From an uncultured delta proteobacterium (GTDB lineage: Bacteria > Desulfobacterota > Binatia > DP-6), in contig CAWFFN010000012.1 of the NCBI GenBank assembly GCA_963815115.1, positions 96,001 to 160,000 of the forward strand: 64,000 nucleotides of DNA, in the 5' to 3' direction. Made by a program: the position numbers and the translations under genes. The notes beneath the pieces are model-generated. The model was given only the letters and a program-made list of their open reading frames with translations. It did no database searches and had not been told where the DNA came from. This document shows, in pieces, positions 12,065-21,100 of the stretch (position 1 is its first letter; the number at the start of each line of letters is the position of its first letter).

Positions 12065-12337
12065 ATGGATACGGATGAGGCGATCGGCGACCTCATAGCC
12101 CACCTACGACGGATCAGCGCCCTTGCCCCACCGGAGCTCGGCCGGCTGGTCGACGAGCTGCTCGCCTACTTCTCCGAATCCATCGAGGAGTTCGTGGTGC
12201 GCCGCCACCGTGAGCTTCAGACGGAGGAGCTCAGGAACGAGGCCATCTTCGAGCGCCTGGCCGCGGAGCTACGGCAGCGGCGCTTCACCGCGCCGTCGCT
12301 CAGCCAGCGCCAGATCCGTCGGCTCATCTACGGCTGA
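12065..12337 (+). CDS. Hypothetical protein upstream of glmS
   Basis: 90-aa helical ORF ending 16 bp before the glmS start; EEFVVRRHRELQ...LSQRQIRRLIYG with an HTH-like C-terminus. Confidence 0.8.
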   Translation: MDTDEAIGDLIAHLRRISALAPPELGRLVDELLAYFSESIEEFVVRRHRELQTEELRNEAIFERLAAELRQRRFTAPSLSQRQIRRLIYG

Positions 12338-12353
12338 AAGGGAGGAGATCGTC

Positions 12354-14174
12354 ATGTGCGGTATCGTCGGCTACGTCGGGAGCGGAGAGGCCGTCCCGAT
12401 TCTCCTGGCCGGTCTCCATCGCCTCGAGTACCGGGGCTACGACTCGGCGGGCATCGCGGTGCACACCCGGAGTGGCCTGAAGGTGCACAAGGCGGCCGGG
12501 AAGATCGCGCGCCTCGAGTCGGCGCTCCCGAGGCGAACGAAGGGGACCGTCGGCATCGGACACACGCGCTGGGCGACGCACGGGGAGCCCAACGACCTCA
12601 ACGCGCATCCGCACTCCGACTGTGCCGGTACGATCGCCGTGGTTCACAACGGCATCATCGAGAACGCCAGGGAGCTGCGCGCACGCCTGGAGGCCGACGG
12701 CCACGTCTTCCGCTCGCAGACCGACAGCGAGGTCGTCGCTCACCTGATCGAGGCCGGCGGCGGCGACCTGGCGCAGGCAGTGCGTGCGGCCCTCCGCCAG
12801 ATCGAGGGGACCTACGGCCTCGCCGTTCTCGACGCCCGGCAGCCCGACCGCATCGTCGCGGCGCGCAACGGGAGCCCGGTGGTGATCGGGCTGGGCGAGC
12901 AGGAGATGTTCGTCGCCTCCGACGCCGCGGCGCTCGTGCGCTACACGCGGCAGGTCGTCTACCTCGACGACCGGGAGATGGCGGAGATCGACGCGTGCGG
13001 ACTGCGCACCGCGACCCTCGACGACCGGCCCACGAGCAAGAGCCCGGCGGAGCTTCCCTGGGGTCACGAGGCCTACGATCGCGGCGGATTCCCGCATTTC
13101 ATGCTGAAGGAGATCATGGAGCAGCCGGAGGCGTGCGAGCGCGCGCTCAAGGGACGGCTCGACCCGCAGTTCGGCACCGCCCACCTCGGTGGCCTCGACA
13201 TGACCCCGCGCGAGCTGCTGGCGGTCCGCCGCGTGAAGGTGCTGGGCTGCGGCTCGGCGTACTATGCCGGCATCGCCGGTGCCCACATGATCGAGGCGTT
13301 GACCCGCGTGCCCGCGGACGCCGAGCCGGCGTCGGAGTTCCGCTATCGCGACCCGGTCATCGAGCCCGATGTCCTGTACGTCGCCGCCAGCCAGTCGGGA
13401 GAGACCGCGGACACCCTGGCGGCCCTGCGCGAGGTGCGGCGGAAGGGCGGCCGCGTACTCGGCATCGTCAACGTCGTCGGGAGCTCGATCGCACGCGAGT
13501 GCGACGGCGGCATCTACATGCACGCCGGCCCCGAGGTCTCGGTGTGCTCGACCAAGGCGTTCAGCTGCACGCTGGTCGCCTTCGCCCTGCTCGCGCTCCA
13601 CCTCGGCCGCATCCGCGACCTGTCACCGGCGCGCGGGAAGCGCCTGGTGGCGGCGCTCCAGCGGCTCCCCGAGCAGCTCGGCGAGATCCTCGCGGCCAGC
13701 GACGGCGTGCAGGCGCTCGGCGCGCGCTTCGCGGAGCGCACCAACGCCTTCTTCATCGGCCGGGCGAACGGCTTCCCGGTCGCCCTCGAGGGCGCGCAGA
13801 AGCTCAAGGAGATCTCCTACATCCACGCCGAGGCGTATCCGGCGTCGGAGTTGAAGCACGGGCCGCTCGCGCTGATCTCGCCGGAGACGCCGACGGTGGT
13901 GATCCTGCCGCGCGACGATCTCTACGAGAAGTCGCTCTCGACCCTGGAGGAGATCAAGGCGCGGCGAGGGCCCGTGGTGGCCCTCACCCACGCCGGCGGC
14001 GACCGACTCGGGGCGAAAGCCGACGACGTCCTCGTCGTGCCGCAGACCGAGCCCGAGCTGAATCCGATCCTGATGACCGTGCCCCTCCAGCTGCTCGCGT
14101 ATCATGCGGCCGTCGCCCTCGGCCGGGACGTCGACCAGCCGCGCAACCTGGCGAAGAGCGTCACCGTCGAATGA
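12354..14174 (+). CDS. glmS: Glutamine--fructose-6-phosphate aminotransferase (isomerizing)
   Basis: MCGIVG start after GGAGGAG; LEYRGYDSAG, GHTRWATHG, HNGIIEN, SQSGETADT, ELKHGP and terminal PRNLAKSVTVE. Confidence 0.98.
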   Translation: MCGIVGYVGSGEAVPILLAGLHRLEYRGYDSAGIAVHTRSGLKVHKAAGKIARLESALPRRTKGTVGIGHTRWATHGEPNDLNAHPHSDCAGTIAVVHNGIIENARELRARLEADGHVFRSQTDSEVVAHLIEAGGGDLAQAVRAALRQIEGTYGLAVLDARQPDRIVAARNGSPVVIGLGEQEMFVASDAAALVRYTRQVVYLDDREMAEIDACGLRTATLDDRPTSKSPAELPWGHEAYDRGGFPHFMLKEIMEQPEACERALKGRLDPQFGTAHLGGLDMTPRELLAVRRVKVLGCGSAYYAGIAGAHMIEALTRVPADAEPASEFRYRDPVIEPDVLYVAASQSGETADTLAALREVRRKGGRVLGIVNVVGSSIARECDGGIYMHAGPEVSVCSTKAFSCTLVAFALLALHLGRIRDLSPARGKRLVAALQRLPEQLGEILAASDGVQALGARFAERTNAFFIGRANGFPVALEGAQKLKEISYIHAEAYPASELKHGPLALISPETPTVVILPRDDLYEKSLSTLEEIKARRGPVVALTHAGGDRLGAKADDVLVVPQTEPELNPILMTVPLQLLAYHAAVALGRDVDQPRNLAKSVTVE

Positions 14175-14191
14175 ACCGTCGACTGAAGCGG

Positions 14192-14217
14192 GCGCCGCTT
14201 GCGGCTGCGAGCGGCGC
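14192..14217 (+). terminator. GC-rich hairpin after glmS
   Basis: GCGCCGCTTGC-GGCT-GCGAGCGGCGC, an 11-bp stem; no U-tract. Confidence 0.35.
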
Positions 14218-14236
14218 GGGGCAATGGTGAGGTCGC

Positions 14237-15073
14237 TTGCCAGAGGCGACCACCGACGCATCCCTCAGATTCGGCCCGCTCATCGAGACCGGGGTGCGGG
14301 TCGTGACGTGGAACCTGTGGGGACGCGGCGGTCCGTGGGAGGCGAGGCTCGGACCGATCAGGAGCACGCTGGGGGCGCTCGCTCCGGATCTGGTCGCGCT
14401 CCAGGAGGTGTGGGAGGACGGCACGCGAAACCAGGCGGCGGTCATCGCTTCGGATCTCGGCTTTCACCACGTCTACGCCGGCCGCTACGCGATCGACGGG
14501 GTCGCCATCGGCAACGCCATCCTGTCGCGCTGGCCGATCACGGGCCACGAGGTTCGACCGTTGCCCGCACCCGTCGAGCTCGAGGAGCTGCGCAACGTCA
14601 TCCACGCGGAGATCGGCGGCCCGCGCGGCCCGCTCGCGATCTTCACGACGCATCTCAACTGGCGCTTCGATCAGAGCGACCTCCGCCAGGAGCAGGTGCG
14701 GACGCTGGCGCGCTTCGTATCGGAGAGCGAGCGGCACGCCATGCCGCCGATCGTTACGGGCGATTTCAACGCCGTACCCGACTCGGAGGAGATCCGGATG
14801 CTCACCGGGCGGGTCTCGGTGGCGGTGCCTGGGCTGGTGTTCCACGACGCCTGGGAGGCGGCGGGCAACGTCGAGCACGGATTCACCTGGTCGAATGCCA
14901 ACCCCTACGCCCGCCTCGATCTCGAGCCCGACCGGCGCATCGACTACGTCTTCGTCGGCTGGCCCGGGCGACGCGGCGCCGGTCATGTGCTGTCGTGCCG
15001 GATGGTCGGAGAGCCGGTGGACGGCGTGCACCCCTCCGATCATCTCGGCCTGCTGGCCGAGCTGCGCTACTGA
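14237..15073 (+). CDS. Endonuclease/exonuclease/phosphatase family protein
   Basis: VVTWNLW, DLVALQEV, GNAILSRWP, THL, GDFNA, RIDYVF and PSDH. Start uncertain. Confidence 0.9.
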   Translation: MPEATTDASLRFGPLIETGVRVVTWNLWGRGGPWEARLGPIRSTLGALAPDLVALQEVWEDGTRNQAAVIASDLGFHHVYAGRYAIDGVAIGNAILSRWPITGHEVRPLPAPVELEELRNVIHAEIGGPRGPLAIFTTHLNWRFDQSDLRQEQVRTLARFVSESERHAMPPIVTGDFNAVPDSEEIRMLTGRVSVAVPGLVFHDAWEAAGNVEHGFTWSNANPYARLDLEPDRRIDYVFVGWPGRRGAGHVLSCRMVGEPVDGVHPSDHLGLLAELRY

Positions 15074-15091
15074 GCCGGGGCGAGGTGACGG

Positions 15092-15538
15092 ATGGCGGAG
15101 CGGCGCTACGTGAGGCTCTCGTGGTTCGACGAAATCTTCAACGGCATCGCGCGTGCGCTCACGGGCGTCGGCATCAGCCTGTACGGATCGCGCAACCTCG
15201 CCGTGCGCGGCCGGAAATCGGGCGAGTGGCGCGTCGTGCCGGTGAACCTCCTCGAGTGCGACGGGGTACGTTACCTCGTGGCGCCGCGCGGGGAGGCGCA
15301 CTGGGTCCGCAACCTGCGGGCCGCCCGCGGCGGTGAGCTGCGTCTCGGTCGCCGGAGTGAGCCGTTCCGTGCCGTGGAGGTCGGCGACGCGGACAAGCCG
15401 CCCATCCTGCGCGCCTACCTCGAGCGCTGGCGATTCGAGGTGGGCCGCTTCTTCGAGGGGGTGGGATCGACGCCGTCCGACGACGATCTGCGGCGCGTTG
15501 CCGGTCGCTATCCGGTGTTCCGCATCGACGCGGTCTGA
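15092..15538 (+). CDS. Deazaflavin (F420)-dependent nitroreductase-family oxidoreductase (Ddn-like)
   Basis: VRGRKSGEWR.VP, YLVAPRG, WVRNLRA and terminal PVFRI. Confidence 0.85.
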   Translation: MAERRYVRLSWFDEIFNGIARALTGVGISLYGSRNLAVRGRKSGEWRVVPVNLLECDGVRYLVAPRGEAHWVRNLRAARGGELRLGRRSEPFRAVEVGDADKPPILRAYLERWRFEVGRFFEGVGSTPSDDDLRRVAGRYPVFRIDAV

Positions 15539-15551
15539 TCGCTCGCGCGGA

Positions 15552-16766
15552 TCAGAACGTCGCCTCGAAGGAGCCGAGCGGGCTCCAGCCGGCCGGCCGC
15601 ACGCCCACGTTGTTGAGGGCCTTGAAGACGCCGAGGCTCAGCACGAACGATCTCCAGACCTGCATGCGGAGTCCGAAGGTCGCGTCCAGGTAGTCGTGGC
15701 GGCTCGTGTCGATGCAGAGATAGGGCAGGTTGGCGAAGCCCGACGGCGTCACGTGCGGGCCGGAGATCGACGACTCCTCGCGCAGTCCCGCGAACTCGCT
15801 CCGCCCGAGCAGGCTCACCGCCACGGCGATTCGCGACCACCAGACGTCGTCGTCGCGCGGGACGTGCAGATCGACCGCCCAGGAGTAGTGCCCCGAGCTC
15901 CGCCGCAGGTCGCCGATGCCGGCGTCGATGCCGGCGTCGACGTAGGAGTCGAGGATACCCGCGAGCAGCGAGCTGGAGACGGCGAAGTATGGACCGATCT
16001 CGCCGTAGCCGGTGCCGAGCCCCTGGGTGGGATTCCCCGTCGGGATGCGGACGCGGAGCCCGGCCGCGCCGTCGGCGCTGCCACCCGGGCCTTTCGTCTC
16101 GAAGAGACGGTACTTGGCACGGACCATCATGTCGCTCAGGTTGGCGGCTTCGAGGATCCGCGTGGCGCGGCGCACCGGCGCGCTCGGATTGTCCTGCCGG
16201 CTGACGTCGAGGTCGCCGTCGAGCGTCATGATGGGCACCGCGATGTTCACGTCGAGATCGTCGGTCACGCCGTAGGTCAGGTTGAACGTTCCGACCGTGT
16301 AGTCGAGGTCGGTCAGCGCCTTGTAGCGGATGGCGGCGGCGCTCACGGACAGGGGGAAGCGATCGTCGCCCAGCCGGCAGCCGCTCGAGCACTCGACGTT
16401 GTAGCGGCCCCAGGTGACGCTGAAGTTGAAGATGCCTTCTCCCATCGTCTGGCCGCGCTCGGTGAAGAGGAACGGCGAGACGTCTCCCCCGACGCGCTCG
16501 AGCCGGCCACTCTCGGCGTTCCAGCGAAACGTGTAGGCCGACGATGCCGCCGGGAACAGCGGCAGGTTCCGTACCGCCTGCTCCAGCATCACGTCGACCG
16601 CGTTCTGGTAGCGCTCGCTCGCCAGACCGGGAAGCCCGACCAGGGCGGGTGCCGTCCGCAGCACGTGGCGCACGGACTGGGCCGCCGCGCTCGTTGCCAG
16701 GCCAGCCGTGGCGACGATCGCGACCAGCGTGCCGTAGAGCTTCATCCTCCAGAGCATCTCCCTCAC
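15552..16766 (-). CDS. Secreted putative outer-membrane beta-barrel protein (paralogue 2)
   Basis: Signal peptide, alternating beta-strand pattern, RIPTGNP..GLGTG, C-terminal ...FEATF. Clearly similar to the 16896-18110 gene. Start could be 16766, 16757 or 16745. Confidence 0.75.
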   Translation of the reverse strand: MREMLWRMKLYGTLVAIVATAGLATSAAAQSVRHVLRTAPALVGLPGLASERYQNAVDVMLEQAVRNLPLFPAASSAYTFRWNAESGRLERVGGDVSPFLFTERGQTMGEGIFNFSVTWGRYNVECSSGCRLGDDRFPLSVSAAAIRYKALTDLDYTVGTFNLTYGVTDDLDVNIAVPIMTLDGDLDVSRQDNPSAPVRRATRILEAANLSDMMVRAKYRLFETKGPGGSADGAAGLRVRIPTGNPTQGLGTGYGEIGPYFAVSSSLLAGILDSYVDAGIDAGIGDLRRSSGHYSWAVDLHVPRDDDVWWSRIAVAVSLLGRSEFAGLREESSISGPHVTPSGFANLPYLCIDTSRHDYLDATFGLRMQVWRSFVLSLGVFKALNNVGVRPAGWSPLGSFEATF

Positions 16767-16895
16767 CCTGCAGGCTCCGAATCGCCGGATCCGGGCGTCC
16801 CCATCTGACCCCAGTGAGCGCTTACACCGGCCGGTGGGGGGTCTGCCAGCCGGCCGCTCGCGACCCGATCAGGCACCGGCGAAGGGCCCCGCTAG

Positions 16896-18110
16896 CTAGA
16901 AGGTGGCCTCCACCGAGCCGACCGGGCTCCACCCCGTCGCTCGCACGCCCTGGTCGTTCAGCGATTTGAAGACACCCAGGCTGAGGATGAGCGATTCCCA
17001 CACCTGGACCCGCAGCCCGAGCGTGGTGTCGGCGTAGTCGTGGCGGTCCGGGTCGAAGCAGAGGTAGGGCCGTGACACGATCCCCGACGGCGTCACGTGG
17101 GGACCCGAGACCGACGAGGCCGCGCGCAGGTTGGTGAACTCGCTGCGGCCGAGGACGCTCCATGCCAGCGCCACGCGGGTCCACCACTCGTCGCCGCGAG
17201 GGGCATGGATGTCGAGCGCCCAGGAATAGTGTCCCGAGCTCCAGCGCGTGTTGCCGATGCCGGCGTCCACGCCCGCATCCCAGTACGAGTCGAGCCAGCC
17301 GTTCAGCACGCTCGTCTGGAAGGCAAAGTAAGGGCCGATCTCGCCGAATCCCGTGCCGAGGCCCTCGTTCGGGTTCCCGGTCGGGATGCGCACGCGGAGC
17401 CCCGCCGCGCCCATCGCATTGCCGAAGTCGCCGGTCGTTTCGAAGAACTTGTATTTGAGACGCACGAGCATGTCCGAGAGGTTCGCCGAGCTCGCGGCGA
17501 CCGTCGCGCGCCGGACGGCGGAGTGAGGCGTATCCTGGCGCGACACGTCGAGGTCCATGTCGAGGGTCACGATCGGAATCGCGATGTTCACGTCGAGGTC
17601 GTCGAGCAGCCCGTACGTGATGTTGAAGGTGCTGACGGTGTAGTCGAGGTCGGTCGGCGCCTGGTAGCGGATCTTGGAGCCGCAGCACACCGACACCGGC
17701 GCCGGATCCGTTCCCAGCTTGCAGCCGCTCGCGCATCCGACGTCGTAGCGCCCGAACGTGACGCCGACGTTGATCAGCCGCTCGCCGAGCGTCTGGGCGC
17801 GCTCGGTGAGGAAGAAGGGCGAGACCGAATCGTCCACCCGCTCGATCTCTCCCCGCTCGTCGTTCCAGCGGTAGGTGTAGGCCGAGGACGCCCCGGGGAA
17901 GAGCGGGATGTTGCGGATGGCCTGCTCGAGGATCGCGTCGGCGGCATTCTGGTAGGCGCCGTTCGCTGCCAGACCGCCGAGACCGACCAGGCTCGGCGCG
18001 GTGCGATAGATGTGGCGAATCGACTGCCTGCCGGTCGAACGAATCGACTGCGCACCGGCCGAGCCGGCGAGCGTGGCCAGGATGGCTAGCGCCGCGAGCA
18101 ATCGTGTCAT
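16896..18110 (-). CDS. Secreted putative outer-membrane beta-barrel protein (paralogue 1)
   Basis: ATG 18110 overlaps the stop of the giant gene (ATGA). Signal peptide MTRLLAALAILATLAGSAGA; C-terminal ...VEATF. Confidence 0.78.
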   Translation of the reverse strand: MTRLLAALAILATLAGSAGAQSIRSTGRQSIRHIYRTAPSLVGLGGLAANGAYQNAADAILEQAIRNIPLFPGASSAYTYRWNDERGEIERVDDSVSPFFLTERAQTLGERLINVGVTFGRYDVGCASGCKLGTDPAPVSVCCGSKIRYQAPTDLDYTVSTFNITYGLLDDLDVNIAIPIVTLDMDLDVSRQDTPHSAVRRATVAASSANLSDMLVRLKYKFFETTGDFGNAMGAAGLRVRIPTGNPNEGLGTGFGEIGPYFAFQTSVLNGWLDSYWDAGVDAGIGNTRWSSGHYSWALDIHAPRGDEWWTRVALAWSVLGRSEFTNLRAASSVSGPHVTPSGIVSRPYLCFDPDRHDYADTTLGLRVQVWESLILSLGVFKSLNDQGVRATGWSPVGSVEATF

Positions 18111-21100
18111 GGGAACACCCCTCCCCGCTTGCCCTTCGGGCGCAGCCCCAGCTGGCCCGAGACGCACTGCTTGCCGGAGCTCATCGTGATCTCCAGCATC
18201 GACGACAGCAAGCCGTCCCGCTCGACTCCGCCGGCGATGATGGTTGCCCGCGGCGGACGGTTCTTCGGCAGCGCGAGCCGCACGCAGCTGACGGGCGGAC
18301 ACACGCTCCGCTTCTGATCGTAGAAGCCGAAGGTGTTGCGGAACAGCTTCTGCCATTCGCCGCTGCCTATCGTGCAGCAGACCTGCTCGCCGGAGCTGCT
18401 CCGGAGCTGGAGATGGACGTCCTGCGTCCGCGGGTCGAGCCCGCTGAACGCTCCGGTGGCCAGGGTCGTGTCCAGACGCAGGGTGGACTTGCCTGGCCGC
18501 AGGCGCGCCTGCGTGACGGTGAGAGGCTGGGCGGCGCAGCAGTCCGGATCCTCGCCGTCTATCAGACCGTCGCCGTCGTCGTCGATACAGTTGTCGCAGG
18601 TCTCGGTGCCGGCGGCGGGCGTGGTGGCGCTGGAGCTGCCGTCCTGCGGTGTGGGGTCGGTCTCGGCTGCGGAGGCAGCGGCCGTGTTGGTGAACGACGC
18701 GCTGCCGGTACGGGTGACGACGATGGTGGCCGTCGCCGCCGCGCCCGGCGCGAGGTCGCCCACGGCGCACGCGACGGTCGCTCCCGACGCAGCGCAGGTT
18801 CCCTGCGTGGCGCTCGCGGATCCGAACGAGACGGCTCCGGGCAGCGGGTCGGTGATCGTGACGGAGGTTGCCGGGGCGGGGCCGGCATTGGTGACGACCA
18901 GCATGTAGGTGAGGGTCTCGCCGACGCCGACGTGTCCGGGACTCGCCGTCTTCGTGAGGGCAAGGTCCGCTTGCGGGCCGGGCGGCGGCGGCGCACCGAC
19001 GCCGATCGTGGTGGTCGTGACCGGCGTGCTGGTCGCGGTGGGTGCAGTCGAGGACGTGGTCGTGGTCGTCGTCGTGTTGCGCACCATGATGACGGTGGTC
19101 ACCGCGGCCGCCGCATTCCCGGGTGTCGGATCGAGCGTCGCGCTGGCCACCGTCGCGGCGTTGGTGACGGAGGCGACGCCATCGAGCACGGTGTAGCTGG
19201 CCATGATGGTACGTGACTCGCCCGGCGCCAGGGTCCCGAGGCTACACGGGAAAGGCGTGGTGCAATCTCCAGCGTTGGACACGAAGGCGAGTCCGTCCGG
19301 GTTCGGGTCGTCGACCACCACGTCGACCGCAGTCGACGGGCCGCCGTTCGACACCGCGATGGCGTAGGTGACGGTCGCGCCCGGCCCGGCGCCGGTCGGT
19401 CCGGTCTTGGTGATCGACAGATCGGCCGCCGGCACCAGAGTGGACTCGACGGTCGCGGTGTTGTCGCCCGGGTCGGGGTCGGCACCCTGGGGGGGCGTGA
19501 CGGAGACCGCGTTGGTGATCGTTCCGAGGGCGTCCGGCCGGACGGTCCCGGTCACCGTGAAGATGACGCCCGTGCCGGCCGCCAGGTCGATCGAGGTCGC
19601 GACGTCGCCCGAGCCGCTCGGCTGCGAGCACGCCGCGCCGGTTTCCGCCTCGCACGTCCACGTCGCGGACAGCAGCGGGGCTGGCACGGGGTCGGCGACC
19701 GCGACGCCGGTCAGCGGACTCGGCCCGTCGTTCCGCACCGTGATGGTCCAGGTGGCCGGCAGGCCGGGGACGGCGTTCTCCGACCCGATCGTCTTCTGCA
19801 CCGAGACGTTGGCGCCCAGCCCGGCGATCACCGTCGCGGTGGCGCCGTCGTTCACGGGAGTGATCTCGGGTTGGTCGCCGCCGGTGCGAGTCGCGGTGTT
19901 GACGAAGGTGCCCGGCTGATCGACCCGCACCCGGAGCGCCAGCGTCGCCGAGCCGTTGCCGGGAAGGTCACCCAGGTTCCAGACCAACCCCGTCGAGTCG
20001 AACGTTCCCGCGGAGGGCGTCGCGGACAGGAGCGTGAGCCCCGATGGCAGCAGATCGGTCAGGACGACGCCGGTGACCGGCGGCCCCAGGGCACTGTTGC
20101 TCGCCTTCACGGTGAAGGTCACCTGGTCGCCGACCCGCACGCGCTCGCTGCTCACGGCCTTGGTCACGGTGATCTCGGAGGCGGTGCCGCCGTTCACCGG
20201 AGCGCCGTCGCGGTCGTTCAACGGGTTGGGATCGGGCTCGTTCTGCGATTCCTTCCGCGCGGTGTTGCCCTGCGGTGAAGGGTCCGTGATCTGGACCAGA
20301 ATGCCGAGGGCTGCCGATCCCTGGGGCGCGAGATCGCCGACCGTCCAGATCTTCGCCGCCTCGTCATAGGTCCCCTGGGTGGGAAACCCGGGCAGGATGC
20401 CGACCGGCAGCAGCCCCGGAGTCGGGAGGTCCGAGACGACGATCCCGGTCGCGGGCCCCGGTCCCGCGTTCGTCACGATGATGCCCGTCAGGACGACGTC
20501 GCCGACCGCTCCGCTCGCCGGCGTGGCGATCTTCTCGACCACGACGTCCGCCCGCTCGGGCCCCTCGTTCAGCAGGTCGCCGCTGCTGTCGTTGCCGACG
20601 ACCGGGTCGAATTCGATCGCTCCCGTCTTGGTGGCGAGCATGGCGATGCGACCCGGCTGCGTCACGCGCGCCGTGATGCGCAGCACCCGGGGCGTCGCGG
20701 GATCGGCGGGCAGGTCTCCGACCTGCCATTCCCCGGTCGCCTGGTCGAAGGTGCCGACGTCGGGCGTCGCCTCCACGAACTCGAGCCCCGCCGGCAGGGG
20801 CGCCGTCAGGACCACCGACGTCGCGGTGCTCGGGCCCAGGTTGGACACCCGCACGAAGACCGTCACCGTGTCGCCGACGAGCGCCGTATCCGGCTGAACG
20901 AAGACCTCGACCGCGACGTCTGCGACGCGGGGCGGGAACGCGTCGACACTCGACGAGTCATTGCCGGGAGTGGGATCGGGCGTGCCCGTGCTCACCCGGG
21001 CCTGGTTCGTCACCGCGGCGCCGGTGAAATCCGGGGCCACGCTGAAGCGCGATCGGATGGTACGGCTCTGAAGTGGTGGAATCGTGCCCAGGTTGCACGG

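Noticed and set aside
11830-12353. glmS ribozyme
   Set aside because: The conserved core (AGCGCC...GACGAGG) was not found, and the space before glmS is occupied by an ORF.
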